Below are positions 11,610 through 20,158 of a stretch of DNA of 64,000 nucleotides, piece by piece. This DNA comes from Endomicrobiales bacterium (GTDB taxonomy: Bacteria > Elusimicrobiota > Endomicrobiia > Endomicrobiales > CAWCFT01). The position numbers were made by a program, and so were the translations under genes. The notes under the pieces are model-generated. The model was given only the letters and a program-made list of their open reading frames with translations. It made no database searches and had not been told where the DNA came from. How positions within the stretch are numbered: the first letter of the stretch is position 1; the number at the start of each line of letters is the position of its first letter. The DNA is taken from NCBI GenBank assembly GCA_963794945.1, contig CAWCFT010000009.1, positions 72,139 to 136,138 of the forward strand. The letters are read 5' to 3'.

Positions 11610-11692
11610 ATTTAAGTCGCAATACTGTTATATTTCTAGTTTTTAGACCGAAATGTTACTTCTGAAAAAACACAAGACTAGAACGTTTTTTG

Positions 11693-11721
11693 ATTATACA
11701 AAAAATATGTCTTAAATTCAA
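11693..11721 (-). promoter_or_regulatory. Sigma70 promoter upstream of tRNA-Val/thrS
   Basis: TTGAAT, 17 nt, TATAAT. Confidence 0.6.
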
Positions 11722-11760
11722 ATTTTAGTTTCTAAGATGAGAGAACATTTTCATTTTGTA

Positions 11761-12615
11761 TCATCGCGCCAGCCCCCTGCGCCTGCAATTACTTTCGATA
11801 CAATTTAGGGGAAGCTCTAAAAGCTTTAAGTCATATTTGAAAATATTGCCCAACAGCGGGCCTTGCAATTGGCCACAAGGCCTCACCGAACCATCGACCC
11901 CAATAACTGCAAAATCCATGCCGGCATTACAGCAAGCACCTGATGATTTTTGATTTGTTTCGAGATTTATCGAACCAGATGAATCTCTTTCTTCACAAAG
12001 CATATTCATGTCATCTTGATCCTTACCCCATCTTTCCGTAATATCCATTAATTTTAGTTCTTCAATTGAATATGCGTGCGGATATTCTTTGCCATTATAT
12101 TTGCCGCAGAATTGTGTCAAAGCCATATCGATATTTAAACCTTTAAAATACCTCTTGTAGTTAAGCATTTCTCTCAGTTGAAGTGGATGCGCCAGATAGC
12201 ATACATTACAGATAAACCCTGCTTTTCGCAGTTTTATGACATTGCCGGCAAATTTAAAGTGATCAGTTTTAAGAGGATGAAAAGTGGAATTAATTTCCAC
12301 CTTTGAAGCGTCATTCTTTAAGATAAACTCTTCCAAAGGGACAGATAGGTTAGTTGTAACATGAATAACATGCATTTTACTTAATTTGTATATAATATCA
12401 GCAAATCCCGGATAGAGAAAGGGCTCGCCTCCAGTAATGTATATCTTAATCGGTCCGTGCTCATCATAAATATTTTCCCACGCGGAGCACACTTCATCCA
12501 CGCTTCTGTCCGTACCATGCTGCTTTTTGATGTTATCCCATCCTGTTTGCGTAAAAAAGCAATATTCACACTTGTAATTGCACTCATATCCCATATCCCA
12601 GGTAAATATCTTCAT
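11761..12615 (-). CDS. Radical SAM protein with short Cys-rich (Twitch-like) C-terminus
   Basis: CNYKCEYC, ITGGEP, CNAG...DGSVRPC. Confidence 0.85.
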   Translation of the reverse strand: MKIFTWDMGYECNYKCEYCFFTQTGWDNIKKQHGTDRSVDEVCSAWENIYDEHGPIKIYITGGEPFLYPGFADIIYKLSKMHVIHVTTNLSVPLEEFILKNDASKVEINSTFHPLKTDHFKFAGNVIKLRKAGFICNVCYLAHPLQLREMLNYKRYFKGLNIDMALTQFCGKYNGKEYPHAYSIEELKLMDITERWGKDQDDMNMLCEERDSSGSINLETNQKSSGACCNAGMDFAVIGVDGSVRPCGQLQGPLLGNIFKYDLKLLELPLNCIESNCRRRGLAR

Positions 12616-12710
12616 AAATATCTCTCTTTATCTGATTCAATAATGTTGCAATAACCATTATTAGAATTGCCGCCGCTCACACGGAAACCGGTGCCAACAT
12701 GAAGCTAGCG

Positions 12711-13808
12711 TCATTTTGAAAGTTCCACAAAACACATCTCATTATCAGCCGCAATATCTATCAACTTAAAACCGCTGGCGGCGGCCATTCCCCCGATTTC
12801 AGTTATTCCAAGCTTATATTGTATCACATGTTTACTTACAGTCACAGAATCACTGCCAGGACCATTATAGGATTTGCCAAGCACGGCCGACCATATCTTT
12901 CTCTTTAATACGTTAACTGCCTTCTCTTTGAGGTCGATCCACGAAATCAATATCCTCCCGTTCTGCGAAAGGCACTTTTTAAGCTTCTTTAATGTTTCAA
13001 GCTGCTTTGCGGGATCCAGAATATTAAGCATTCTGGCAAATATGATGTAGTCATATTGTTCATCCGAATTAATGTTGTTTAAATTAATAGTTTTCACTTG
13101 CTTTCCCTGCCTTATTAATTTTGCGGCTTCTTCGGAATAGCCTCCGGACGACTGGATGTCAGCTATATTCTTTTCTAGTCCAACGTTTTGTATTTTACTT
13201 TCTGTAATCTTCAGGCTTTGCTGCCATTTTTCTAAAGATACGCCCATATTTGACCGCAATAATATATAATTTTTATAATAGCTTAAATCGGTTTCAGGTA
13301 AAATTAACGATAGTATTGCTTTAATATTAAGGCGGAACCGCTTCAAAACAAACGAAATATAAGATAAATTTAATATATTAATCGTGATAGAACAATATAG
13401 CAACAAAATACTTATGCTTTTCCCGATCGGCGAATCGAGGTTAATTTCATATCCATTCTTTTTTATCCTCACAACTCGGCCCAGGATATCATCATAAATA
13501 ACAAGCCTATCATCTTTAGCCACGTTGTTATCGCCCTTTGTGCAGAAACAAGGCCCGTTTTTGCCTTTAACCTTTTTTATAACTCTATGCGCGGTATTGA
13601 TGTCCAACGACCTGTCAATATTTTCATAAACAACTATATCTCCAACACGAATTATATCGGGAGATACCTTTTTAACAAAAAGTGAATCGCCGGATATCAG
13701 AAGGGGCCACATACTTCTCCCTTTTGACTTAAATATTACCTCATTTCCTTTTACAAGCGACTCTTTACCCAGTTCGTTCAAAGTCTTCCGAAATTTTGCT
13801 GAATCCAT
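12711..13808 (-). CDS. S24/S26 signal-peptidase-like protease fused to a methyltransferase-like domain
   Basis: GRSMWPLL.SGD, GDIVVY, AHRVIKK, TKGDNN; one hydrophobic segment; C-terminal YDYIIF...LKKCLSQNGRILI Rossmann-like motif. Confidence 0.7.
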   Translation of the reverse strand: MDSAKFRKTLNELGKESLVKGNEVIFKSKGRSMWPLLISGDSLFVKKVSPDIIRVGDIVVYENIDRSLDINTAHRVIKKVKGKNGPCFCTKGDNNVAKDDRLVIYDDILGRVVRIKKNGYEINLDSPIGKSISILLLYCSITINILNLSYISFVLKRFRLNIKAILSLILPETDLSYYKNYILLRSNMGVSLEKWQQSLKITESKIQNVGLEKNIADIQSSGGYSEEAAKLIRQGKQVKTINLNNINSDEQYDYIIFARMLNILDPAKQLETLKKLKKCLSQNGRILISWIDLKEKAVNVLKRKIWSAVLGKSYNGPGSDSVTVSKHVIQYKLGITEIGGMAAASGFKLIDIAADNEMCFVELSK

Positions 13809-13866
13809 TATAACGCCTCTATGCCCATGCTTATAGCTTCTATGATACTCTAAAGGACTGAATTTC

Positions 13867-14787
13867 CTATATTAATAATACACTATACTCATTTGTAATT
13901 TTCTTAATAATCATTTTTTCAATTGTTTTACTGAACTTCATAGGGCAATATCCGCTGTAGCAGGACCTGGATATTGTGATAATGGCAGGGTTGATAGCTT
14001 TATTTTTCAGCGTGTCGAATATTCTATTAATCTCTCCGTTTATAGCTTCGGTATCCTGAAAATATTCTTTCACTCTGGACTTTTTATGGCTAACAACAAC
14101 AATATACCTTCCATTGTCTTTAGAGAATTCTAACTTAATATTATCGTACAACAAATATTTATTTTTCGATAATAATTCCCTTTTTAAATATTGCCCGCGC
14201 GTTATTTCAATAGTGTGAAACAGCTCATTGCCGACAGAATCCCTGCAGGCAAAATAGTCCAGATCAATATCAAGCAATACTTTTTTATTTTGCGGAATAT
14301 GATCCATATCACATATATGTGAATCGAAATGTTTTATGTCGGGGAAAGCTTTGGTGAACATTTTGTTTTTTATAGGCGGTTCACTGCTTTTCTCGCACTT
14401 AATTATTTTCCCTTCCCCAAAAACAGAATAGACGATCATTTTGTGGTCTTCGGGTTTAATTTTTCTCCATTTTGGAAATACAAAATAAGCGTTTTTTACT
14501 ATTCCGCCAAGAATGGCCGGTAGGATAAAACTTCCTATATCGATTTGCATATCACCGCGGATAAAATCATTATAATAACCCGCGTAATCGGCGTATTTAT
14601 TCTTTGGTATGTAAATCGATTTTGACAGCGTATTCGGCGTACCCATATCGCTATGCGCATCCAAGTGCAATATATCCAACGGCTCATTAATATTATTTTT
14701 ATTTTTTTCTTTATGCCAGCAATAAAATGATTCATTGTGTTCGTCAACAATATAGACTGGAATTCTATTATTTTTTTTGGTTATCAT
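13867..14787 (-). CDS. UPF0489-family protein (arginase-fold; peptide-arginase candidate)
   Basis: IVDEHNE, LHLDAHSDM, IDIGSFILPA, LLDIDLDYF, ITISRS..SGYCP. Confidence 0.75.
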   Translation of the reverse strand: MITKKNNRIPVYIVDEHNESFYCWHKEKNKNNINEPLDILHLDAHSDMGTPNTLSKSIYIPKNKYADYAGYYNDFIRGDMQIDIGSFILPAILGGIVKNAYFVFPKWRKIKPEDHKMIVYSVFGEGKIIKCEKSSEPPIKNKMFTKAFPDIKHFDSHICDMDHIPQNKKVLLDIDLDYFACRDSVGNELFHTIEITRGQYLKRELLSKNKYLLYDNIKLEFSKDNGRYIVVVSHKKSRVKEYFQDTEAINGEINRIFDTLKNKAINPAIITISRSCYSGYCPMKFSKTIEKMIIKKITNEYSVLLI

Positions 14788-15048
14788 AATTTAATTCCTT
14801 ATACATACCGCCTATTAATTTCGAGGTTGAATCCCAATAAGTCAAACTAAATGCTAAAATTTGTGAAGAGTGAGAGAGTAGAATAAATATCTATATTACT
14901 CATTAGTAAACCCGCACACAATATATTTTTGTTATTAGATCAGGAAGGGAACTTTCGAGCATTTTTTCATCTCTATTTATGCCAAATGGTGACCCTTTTA
15001 TCAGAGCCCTCTGAAATCTATTATGTTATCAGATAGTATTTAGACGCT

Positions 15049-16161
15049 TTACACTTTTAAGTCGGTATTTAAAACCCTCGTTTCAGGGAAGAGACCTTCA
15101 TCGCGGGCAATTTTACAGAAGACAAAAGGCGCTAAAAACGATTTTTGCTCCCAATAAGCTTCCGCCCTGCATTTTCCAAGGCAGAAATTCTTCATCATGC
15201 ACTTCCCGCAAATTCCCTCAAGCTTTAAAGGCACGTCTTTTCTGATAATATTAAGAATCTTGTTATTTTCCCACACCTGCTTAAGTTTTGTGTCCTTAAT
15301 ATTGCCCATATTGAGTTCTTTAACGACACTACCTATTCCGCAAATTGATATTGTCCCATCACCCGTAATACCGATTATAGACTTTATTCCGCATACGCAC
15401 TTTTCAGTTTTGAGCTCTTCTATTGTTTTAAACGCCGGAGGAATATCAAAACACAGCTTGAGTTTTTTCTTAAGCCTTGGTCTGGACATATAGCTTTTCA
15501 TTTTTTTATTTGTTTTGAGTATTTCGCCAATAGTAAGCAATTCGCCTTTACTCTTCATAATATCCGCGCGGGAAACATTCATTATCGGGTTTATCTTCAG
15601 GCTGTTCACCCGCAAGGCCGCGCAAAGATCTATCATTTGTTTCATTTTACTTTTGTTTTCGTTCCAAAGGCTGCATATTACTTGTAAACTTAGCCCGGGG
15701 TTATATTTTCTCAACTGCCTTATTCCGTTTACAGCATTTTTGAATGACCCTTTTACATTCCTGAGTTTTTCGTGTGTTTGTTCATCAGGCCCGTCCAATG
15801 ATACCGCTACTTGCATCACTTTATAATCTCTTACAGCCTTAGCCTCTTTCTCGCCGATCAGGGTGCCGTTTGTTTCAATATGCATGTTCAATTGATTCTT
15901 TTTGATCCATTTAAACAGCTCTATAATATCTTTTCTTAAAAAAGGTTCTCCGCCGGTGATCTTCACTGTTCTAAGCCCCAGCTTTTTGGCTTGTTTTAGC
16001 GCGTTTATTATATAACGCAGCTCAATGTCTTTCTTGTTGCCGCCATTGTCATCAGGCATACCAGTAAAATCGGGGTTTATCCAGCAGTGCCTGCAGTTAA
16101 GGTTACAGTATTTTGAAAAATATAAATACACTGATTTTAAAAGATATTTTTTTGTTTTCAT
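15049..16161 (-). CDS. Radical SAM/SPASM peptide maturase, SynChlorMet ScmF-like
   Basis: YLYFSKYCNLNCRHCWINP, FDIPPAF, CGIKSIIGITGDGTISICGIG, LEGICGKCMMKNFCLGKCRA. Confidence 0.8.
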   Translation of the reverse strand: MKTKKYLLKSVYLYFSKYCNLNCRHCWINPDFTGMPDDNGGNKKDIELRYIINALKQAKKLGLRTVKITGGEPFLRKDIIELFKWIKKNQLNMHIETNGTLIGEKEAKAVRDYKVMQVAVSLDGPDEQTHEKLRNVKGSFKNAVNGIRQLRKYNPGLSLQVICSLWNENKSKMKQMIDLCAALRVNSLKINPIMNVSRADIMKSKGELLTIGEILKTNKKMKSYMSRPRLKKKLKLCFDIPPAFKTIEELKTEKCVCGIKSIIGITGDGTISICGIGSVVKELNMGNIKDTKLKQVWENNKILNIIRKDVPLKLEGICGKCMMKNFCLGKCRAEAYWEQKSFLAPFVFCKIARDEGLFPETRVLNTDLKV

Positions 16162-16164
16162 CGC

Positions 16165-17199
16165 TTAGTTTTCCCTTTTCCAGCAGTAAAGTTCAGTATT
16201 TTTAATCCCTCCGGGATAATGGTACGGGTAACACCTGTGCCCCCAGAAACAGATATACTGATGCTCGCATTCAACGCATTCCGGCATTTTTGTAATATCA
16301 ACATGCAGATCCTTCCTGAAACTCCGCAGCACTTTTGAATTTTTCCAAATCTCCTTAAAGCTGTTTTTGTAAAGGCTCCCGGCTTTTACTTCCCAAATAA
16401 CTTCACACGGAGTCACTGATCCGTCAGGCCGAATAGCGCACCTGGAAGTTGCCGCACCGCAGGGTGGGACTGTTATTTCCTTCATTTTAGGTTTAAACTT
16501 GCCAAGCCCTTTCAATTTATCATTCTGCTGCAGGTACGAGCCCGTTATAAAACCCGGGTATAGTTTCGAAAGCTTGACAATTTCTTCGATCGCTTTCCGC
16601 TCTTCATCAGGTGAAACATACACTTCCTTAAGGAAACACGCTGCGTTCCCGCCGTAAAATACGTGGTTAAACCTGACACTGCTTGCTCCGATCTCTTTTC
16701 CAAGCTTTACAACTTTTTCTATATCTCCGATATTAAGCTTGGTCACGGTAAACGAAAGAAGCGCCTGCCCGCCGTATTTGATAATATTTTTTATTCCTGC
16801 TACGGCGCGGTCAAACGTATTTTTGCCTCTTTGCCTTTCATGCGTACCTTTTGCGCCGTCTATGGACACAACGTAAGACCTAATATTAAAATCTTTTATT
16901 AGCATTTTTGCCATTTTATCCGTCATAAGAGTGGCGTTAGTGTTCATCGAGATCTTAATTTTATACTTTCGGAACCTTTCAAGAAGAGCCGGCAGGTCCT
17001 TCTTTACAAGCGGTTCCCCGCCAAAAATTGAGACATTGAATACTTTTGCCCGGCCCACTTCGTCGATAACGCTAAGCATCTTTTCAGTGGACATATCTCT
17101 TTCCCCCCAGCTTTGCTTGACTCCGCAATGCCTGCATCGTTGGTTGCATTTGCCTGTTACAGTGAAACATAATGACGTAGGTGCGGAATATATCTTCAT
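16165..17199 (-). CDS. Radical SAM/SPASM peptide maturase, ScmE-like
   Basis: CNQRCRHC, FGGEP, CGAATSRCAIRPDGSVTPC, ECVECEHQYIC...RC. Confidence 0.8.
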   Translation of the reverse strand: MKIYSAPTSLCFTVTGKCNQRCRHCGVKQSWGERDMSTEKMLSVIDEVGRAKVFNVSIFGGEPLVKKDLPALLERFRKYKIKISMNTNATLMTDKMAKMLIKDFNIRSYVVSIDGAKGTHERQRGKNTFDRAVAGIKNIIKYGGQALLSFTVTKLNIGDIEKVVKLGKEIGASSVRFNHVFYGGNAACFLKEVYVSPDEERKAIEEIVKLSKLYPGFITGSYLQQNDKLKGLGKFKPKMKEITVPPCGAATSRCAIRPDGSVTPCEVIWEVKAGSLYKNSFKEIWKNSKVLRSFRKDLHVDITKMPECVECEHQYICFWGHRCYPYHYPGGIKNTELYCWKREN

Positions 17200-17395
17200 C
17201 GCTTATCTCCTCTCAAACACTAACTTCCTGCTTAAAGACAAACTTTTTGAGTTGTGGCACAGGCTCTAAATTCGAAGGGTTCCATGTCGCTGGAGTGATT
17301 GAACAAGCTTAGCCTTTGCTTTATCCGCTTCAAAGTGTATTATTTCTGTCTCCGGCCATAAACAGTTCCAGCAGTCGTTGACTAAACCATTGATA

Positions 17396-17659
17396 TTAAT
17401 CCGCCCGCAACAGTATCTTTGATTTAACCAGGTCTTTAATTATGTTATTAATATCATCTTTAATGTCATCTATTTTAGCCACGTAGGCCTTTGACAGCTC
17501 ACCGTAAATATTTTCAATGTCCAGCCCTTTGTTTACCATTTGCCATACCTCACTGCCTGTCTTGTTAAGGTAACAATTTTCATTTGTATCAATGTTTACT
17601 ATCACAACCTCGCCGTCAATATCCCGCCAAAGAACATCCTTGTTAATTTTATATTTCAT
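17396..17659 (-). CDS. PqqD-family peptide chaperone (RiPP recognition element)
   Basis: 87 aa, VLWRDIDGEVVIVN...YLNKTGSEVW...L.K.Y...DI..IIKDL. Confidence 0.85.
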   Translation of the reverse strand: MKYKINKDVLWRDIDGEVVIVNIDTNENCYLNKTGSEVWQMVNKGLDIENIYGELSKAYVAKIDDIKDDINNIIKDLVKSKILLRAD

Positions 17660-17936
17660 TTCCCGCCTCCAGCAAGCCGTCCTTTTTCATTTTTTTAATG
17701 AATAATAATATATCCGGCCTTATCTTTTTATTGTTTTTGCCGTACTTATCTGTTGCTTTTGCGATAATATCTTCGATGCTGTATTTTCCGTTGCAAAACC
17801 CGCATATATATGCGCCGGTTTCATTGAGCGTTTCCATACTCCCTGTTTCCGAATTAAATACAATAGCCTCTTTGCCTTCGCGCCTGAAAACTATTTTTGG
17901 GTTTATAACGAAATAAATATTTTTCCTACTCATCAA
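17649..17936 (-). CDS. PqqD-family peptide chaperone (RRE), ScmD-like
   Basis: NPKIVFRREG.EAIVFNSETG...LNETGAYI...NGKYSIEDI...DILLFIKKM. Confidence 0.85.
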   Translation of the reverse strand: MMSRKNIYFVINPKIVFRREGKEAIVFNSETGSMETLNETGAYICGFCNGKYSIEDIIAKATDKYGKNNKKIRPDILLFIKKMKKDGLLEAGNEI

Positions 17937-18191
17937 AACCTCCTGTGCCGCTTTATGTAAATAATTTCTTGAATCGGCTTTTTAATAAACCTCGATTTTT
18001 TATTCCTGTTCCACCTAACCTGTCATTCAGCAATGAATTGCCGCACGTTAAGTGTTATAAACAGCAGCCTTTTTCATGGAATGTTGAAAATCCGTTTATG
18101 GTTTAGCGGCTGGACACATTTTTAAACTGGGCTCACAGTTATTGTTAAGAATTGGTATTTTATCTTATGGATTCTTTTAAGCCAAAAAATA

Positions 18192-18401
18192 TTAGTCCAG
18201 CGGAGCTGTGCCTGGCCCACATGTGCTAAAAGGATAGCTACCTCGGACACATTCCCCTTCCGAAACACCACTACTACCACCAACGCACAGCGGAAGCGCA
18301 CTGTATCCGGATGCTTCAAACTTGTAGTCTGTTTTGTTCCCGAATAGTATCTTTTCAGGTTTTATCCATTTCATCTTGCTTTGCTTCTTCCTGCTTTTCA
18401 T
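18192..18401 (-). CDS. RiPP precursor peptide 6 (3 CxxG)
   Basis: MKSRKKQSKMKWIKPEKILFGN...FEASGY; core has CVGG, CVRG, CGPG. Confidence 0.85.
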   Translation of the reverse strand: MKSRKKQSKMKWIKPEKILFGNKTDYKFEASGYSALPLCVGGSSGVSEGECVRGSYPFSTCGPGTAPLD

Positions 18402-18480
18402 CTTTCTTTCTCCCAAAACAACTTACACCATTGGTTAGCTGTTGTGTTATGACAAGATTGCTGGAAGTTTTCAACATCTG

Positions 18481-18699
18481 TCACCATTCTATTATAGGCC
18501 TGTTACCAGTATTGCAAGTGTTTACTCCGACAGCGGCACCACCGCCATTACATATATAGCCTGCAAAACCTTCACCACCGGTGACGCACTGAAAATCGTA
18601 TCCGGATGCTTCAAACTCGTAGTCTATTTTGTTCCCAAATATTATCTTTTCGGGTTTTATCCATTTCATCTTTTTATGTTTCCTGATGTTTTTATTCAT
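18481..18699 (-). CDS. RiPP precursor peptide 5 (3 CxxG)
   Basis: MNKNIRKHKKMKWIKPEKIIFGN...FEASGY; core has CVTG, CNGG, CNTG. Confidence 0.85.
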   Translation of the reverse strand: MNKNIRKHKKMKWIKPEKIIFGNKIDYEFEASGYDFQCVTGGEGFAGYICNGGGAAVGVNTCNTGNRPIIEW

Positions 18700-18752
18700 T
18701 TTTCCCAATCCTGGAATCTGGCCTGCAATGGCCAGGCATCTCGCCCGTACTG

Positions 18753-19040
18753 CTACTGCGCTATCGGCGCAACAGTAACAATTTGACCGTCGCTACACGC
18801 ATTCCTGCTAGGGCCAACAGCGCTGATACCTAGGCTACAATCATACAAAGCAGTGTTACCGTACGTACAATCTGACGCATTGCCGCTACCACTAATACAA
18901 CCGAGACCAGCAACACAAGATGCCGCATCGCCAATACCAGTGGAACAATTGGCAGCTACAATCATTGCTTCATTCCCAAAGGAGATTTTTTCAGGTTTTA
19001 TCCATTTTATTTGTTTTTGTTTCCTAACGTTTTTATTCAT
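18753..19040 (-). CDS. RiPP precursor peptide 4 (6 CxxG)
   Basis: KWIKPEKISFGNEAMIVAAN; core has CSTG, CVAG, CISG, CTYG, CSLG, CSDG. Confidence 0.85.
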   Translation of the reverse strand: MNKNVRKQKQIKWIKPEKISFGNEAMIVAANCSTGIGDAASCVAGLGCISGSGNASDCTYGNTALYDCSLGISAVGPSRNACSDGQIVTVAPIAQ

Positions 19041-19238
19041 TCTTTATCCAATTACTAGATTATTGAAAACCCCAACAAGGCTCAACTTGATCATCCGGAC
19101 TTCATCTACATTCACTCGCCCTCTTTCTATATTTGTTTCAATTAAATCAAGACAGGGCCCAATTTACCTGTCATGCAATCGTAATTATTCTAGGGTTAGA
19201 ATAAACATCACCACTTAAGCTGAAGAAAGATTATAAAG

Positions 19239-19475
19239 CTACCTCAACATGGGGTTGCCGCCTCCAGTACAATCGCTAGAAGGGTACGAACCGCCTGAAC
19301 AGTGCAAGCCTTGGTTACCTGGGGTACACGAAAAAGCGCCTCCACCACTACTGCATTGGTTAGCATCACTGCCGCCGGAAGTACAATTAGCAGATGAAAT
19401 AATTGAGTCATTACCGAATACTATCTTTTCAGGTTTTATCCATTTCGTTTTACTTTGCATCTTTCTGTTTTCCAT
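19239..19475 (-). CDS. RiPP precursor peptide 3 (5 CxxG)
   Basis: AAGGAG RBS; KWIKPEKIVFGNDSIISSAN; core has CTSG, CSSG, CTPG, CSGG, CTGG. Confidence 0.85.
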   Translation of the reverse strand: MENRKMQSKTKWIKPEKIVFGNDSIISSANCTSGGSDANQCSSGGGAFSCTPGNQGLHCSGGSYPSSDCTGGGNPMLR

Positions 19476-19557
19476 TATTTCTCCTTCAATAGCTTACGCC
19501 ATTAGTAAACTGTTGTGCCCTGACAAAATTGCCGGAAGTTTTCTATATCTGTTAAAT

Positions 19558-19761
19558 TTATTCTGCAGCACCGACGCCCGGAGTGCAAGGACTTCCAGTA
19601 TCGTCGGAACCACCGTTACAAAGAAGAACAGCACGATTGCCAGGGCCACACTGATGGCCGATATCGTATCCAGCTGCTGTAAACTCGTGGCCCAAATTGT
19701 TCCCGAATACTATCTTTTCAGGTTTTATCCATTTTATCTTACTTTGATCTTTTTTTGTCAT
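19558..19761 (-). CDS. RiPP precursor peptide 2 (3 CxxG)
   Basis: GGAG RBS before ATG 19761; KWIKPEKIVFGN...FTAAGY; core has CGPG, CNGG, CTPG. Confidence 0.85.
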   Translation of the reverse strand: MTKKDQSKIKWIKPEKIVFGNNLGHEFTAAGYDIGHQCGPGNRAVLLCNGGSDDTGSPCTPGVGAAE

Positions 19762-19881
19762 TTTTCTCCAAGTTGCTTGTGCTTGTTCTGAACACAACCT
19801 TTTGCTGTATCTCCTTGGCAAAGCCACATCAGTCATCTGTATGGATACAGCGTACGCAAAAAGTTCCGCGGATATACGCCG

Positions 19882-20133
19882 CTATAACATTTTTATAGGG
19901 CGAATACCTGGGTTGCAAGGGCTGCCATCTCCACCGCCTGTCCAGCAAGCGGTATAATCAGCGCCATTGCCAGAGCTACACATATTACCAGACGGTTGAG
20001 TCGAGCCATCTTGACAACCTGCAGGTATAGTGTATCCAGCTGCATTAAAATTGTCACCCATATCGTTCCCAAATGTGATTTTTTCAGGCTTTATCCATTT
20101 CATGTTATTTTGATTCTTTCTGTTCTTTGTCAT
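19882..20133 (-). CDS. RiPP precursor peptide 1 (4 CxxG)
   Basis: MTKNRKNQNNMKWIKPEKITFGN...FNAAGY; core has CQDG, CSSG, CWTG, CNPG. Confidence 0.85.
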   Translation of the reverse strand: MTKNRKNQNNMKWIKPEKITFGNDMGDNFNAAGYTIPAGCQDGSTQPSGNMCSSGNGADYTACWTGGGDGSPCNPGIRPIKML

Positions 20134-20158
20134 TTTCTTTTCCAATATTATTTATAAT

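Noticed and set aside
17200..17395. Seventh precursor or SPASM remnant (NDCWNCLWP reading)
   Set aside because: No WIKPEK leader, start codon or RBS; the leader motif occurs only six times.
18192..20133. Precursors as lasso peptides or lanthipeptides
   Set aside because: No lasso cyclase, B2 transglutaminase-like protease or Lan enzymes are present; only rSAM/SPASM maturases.
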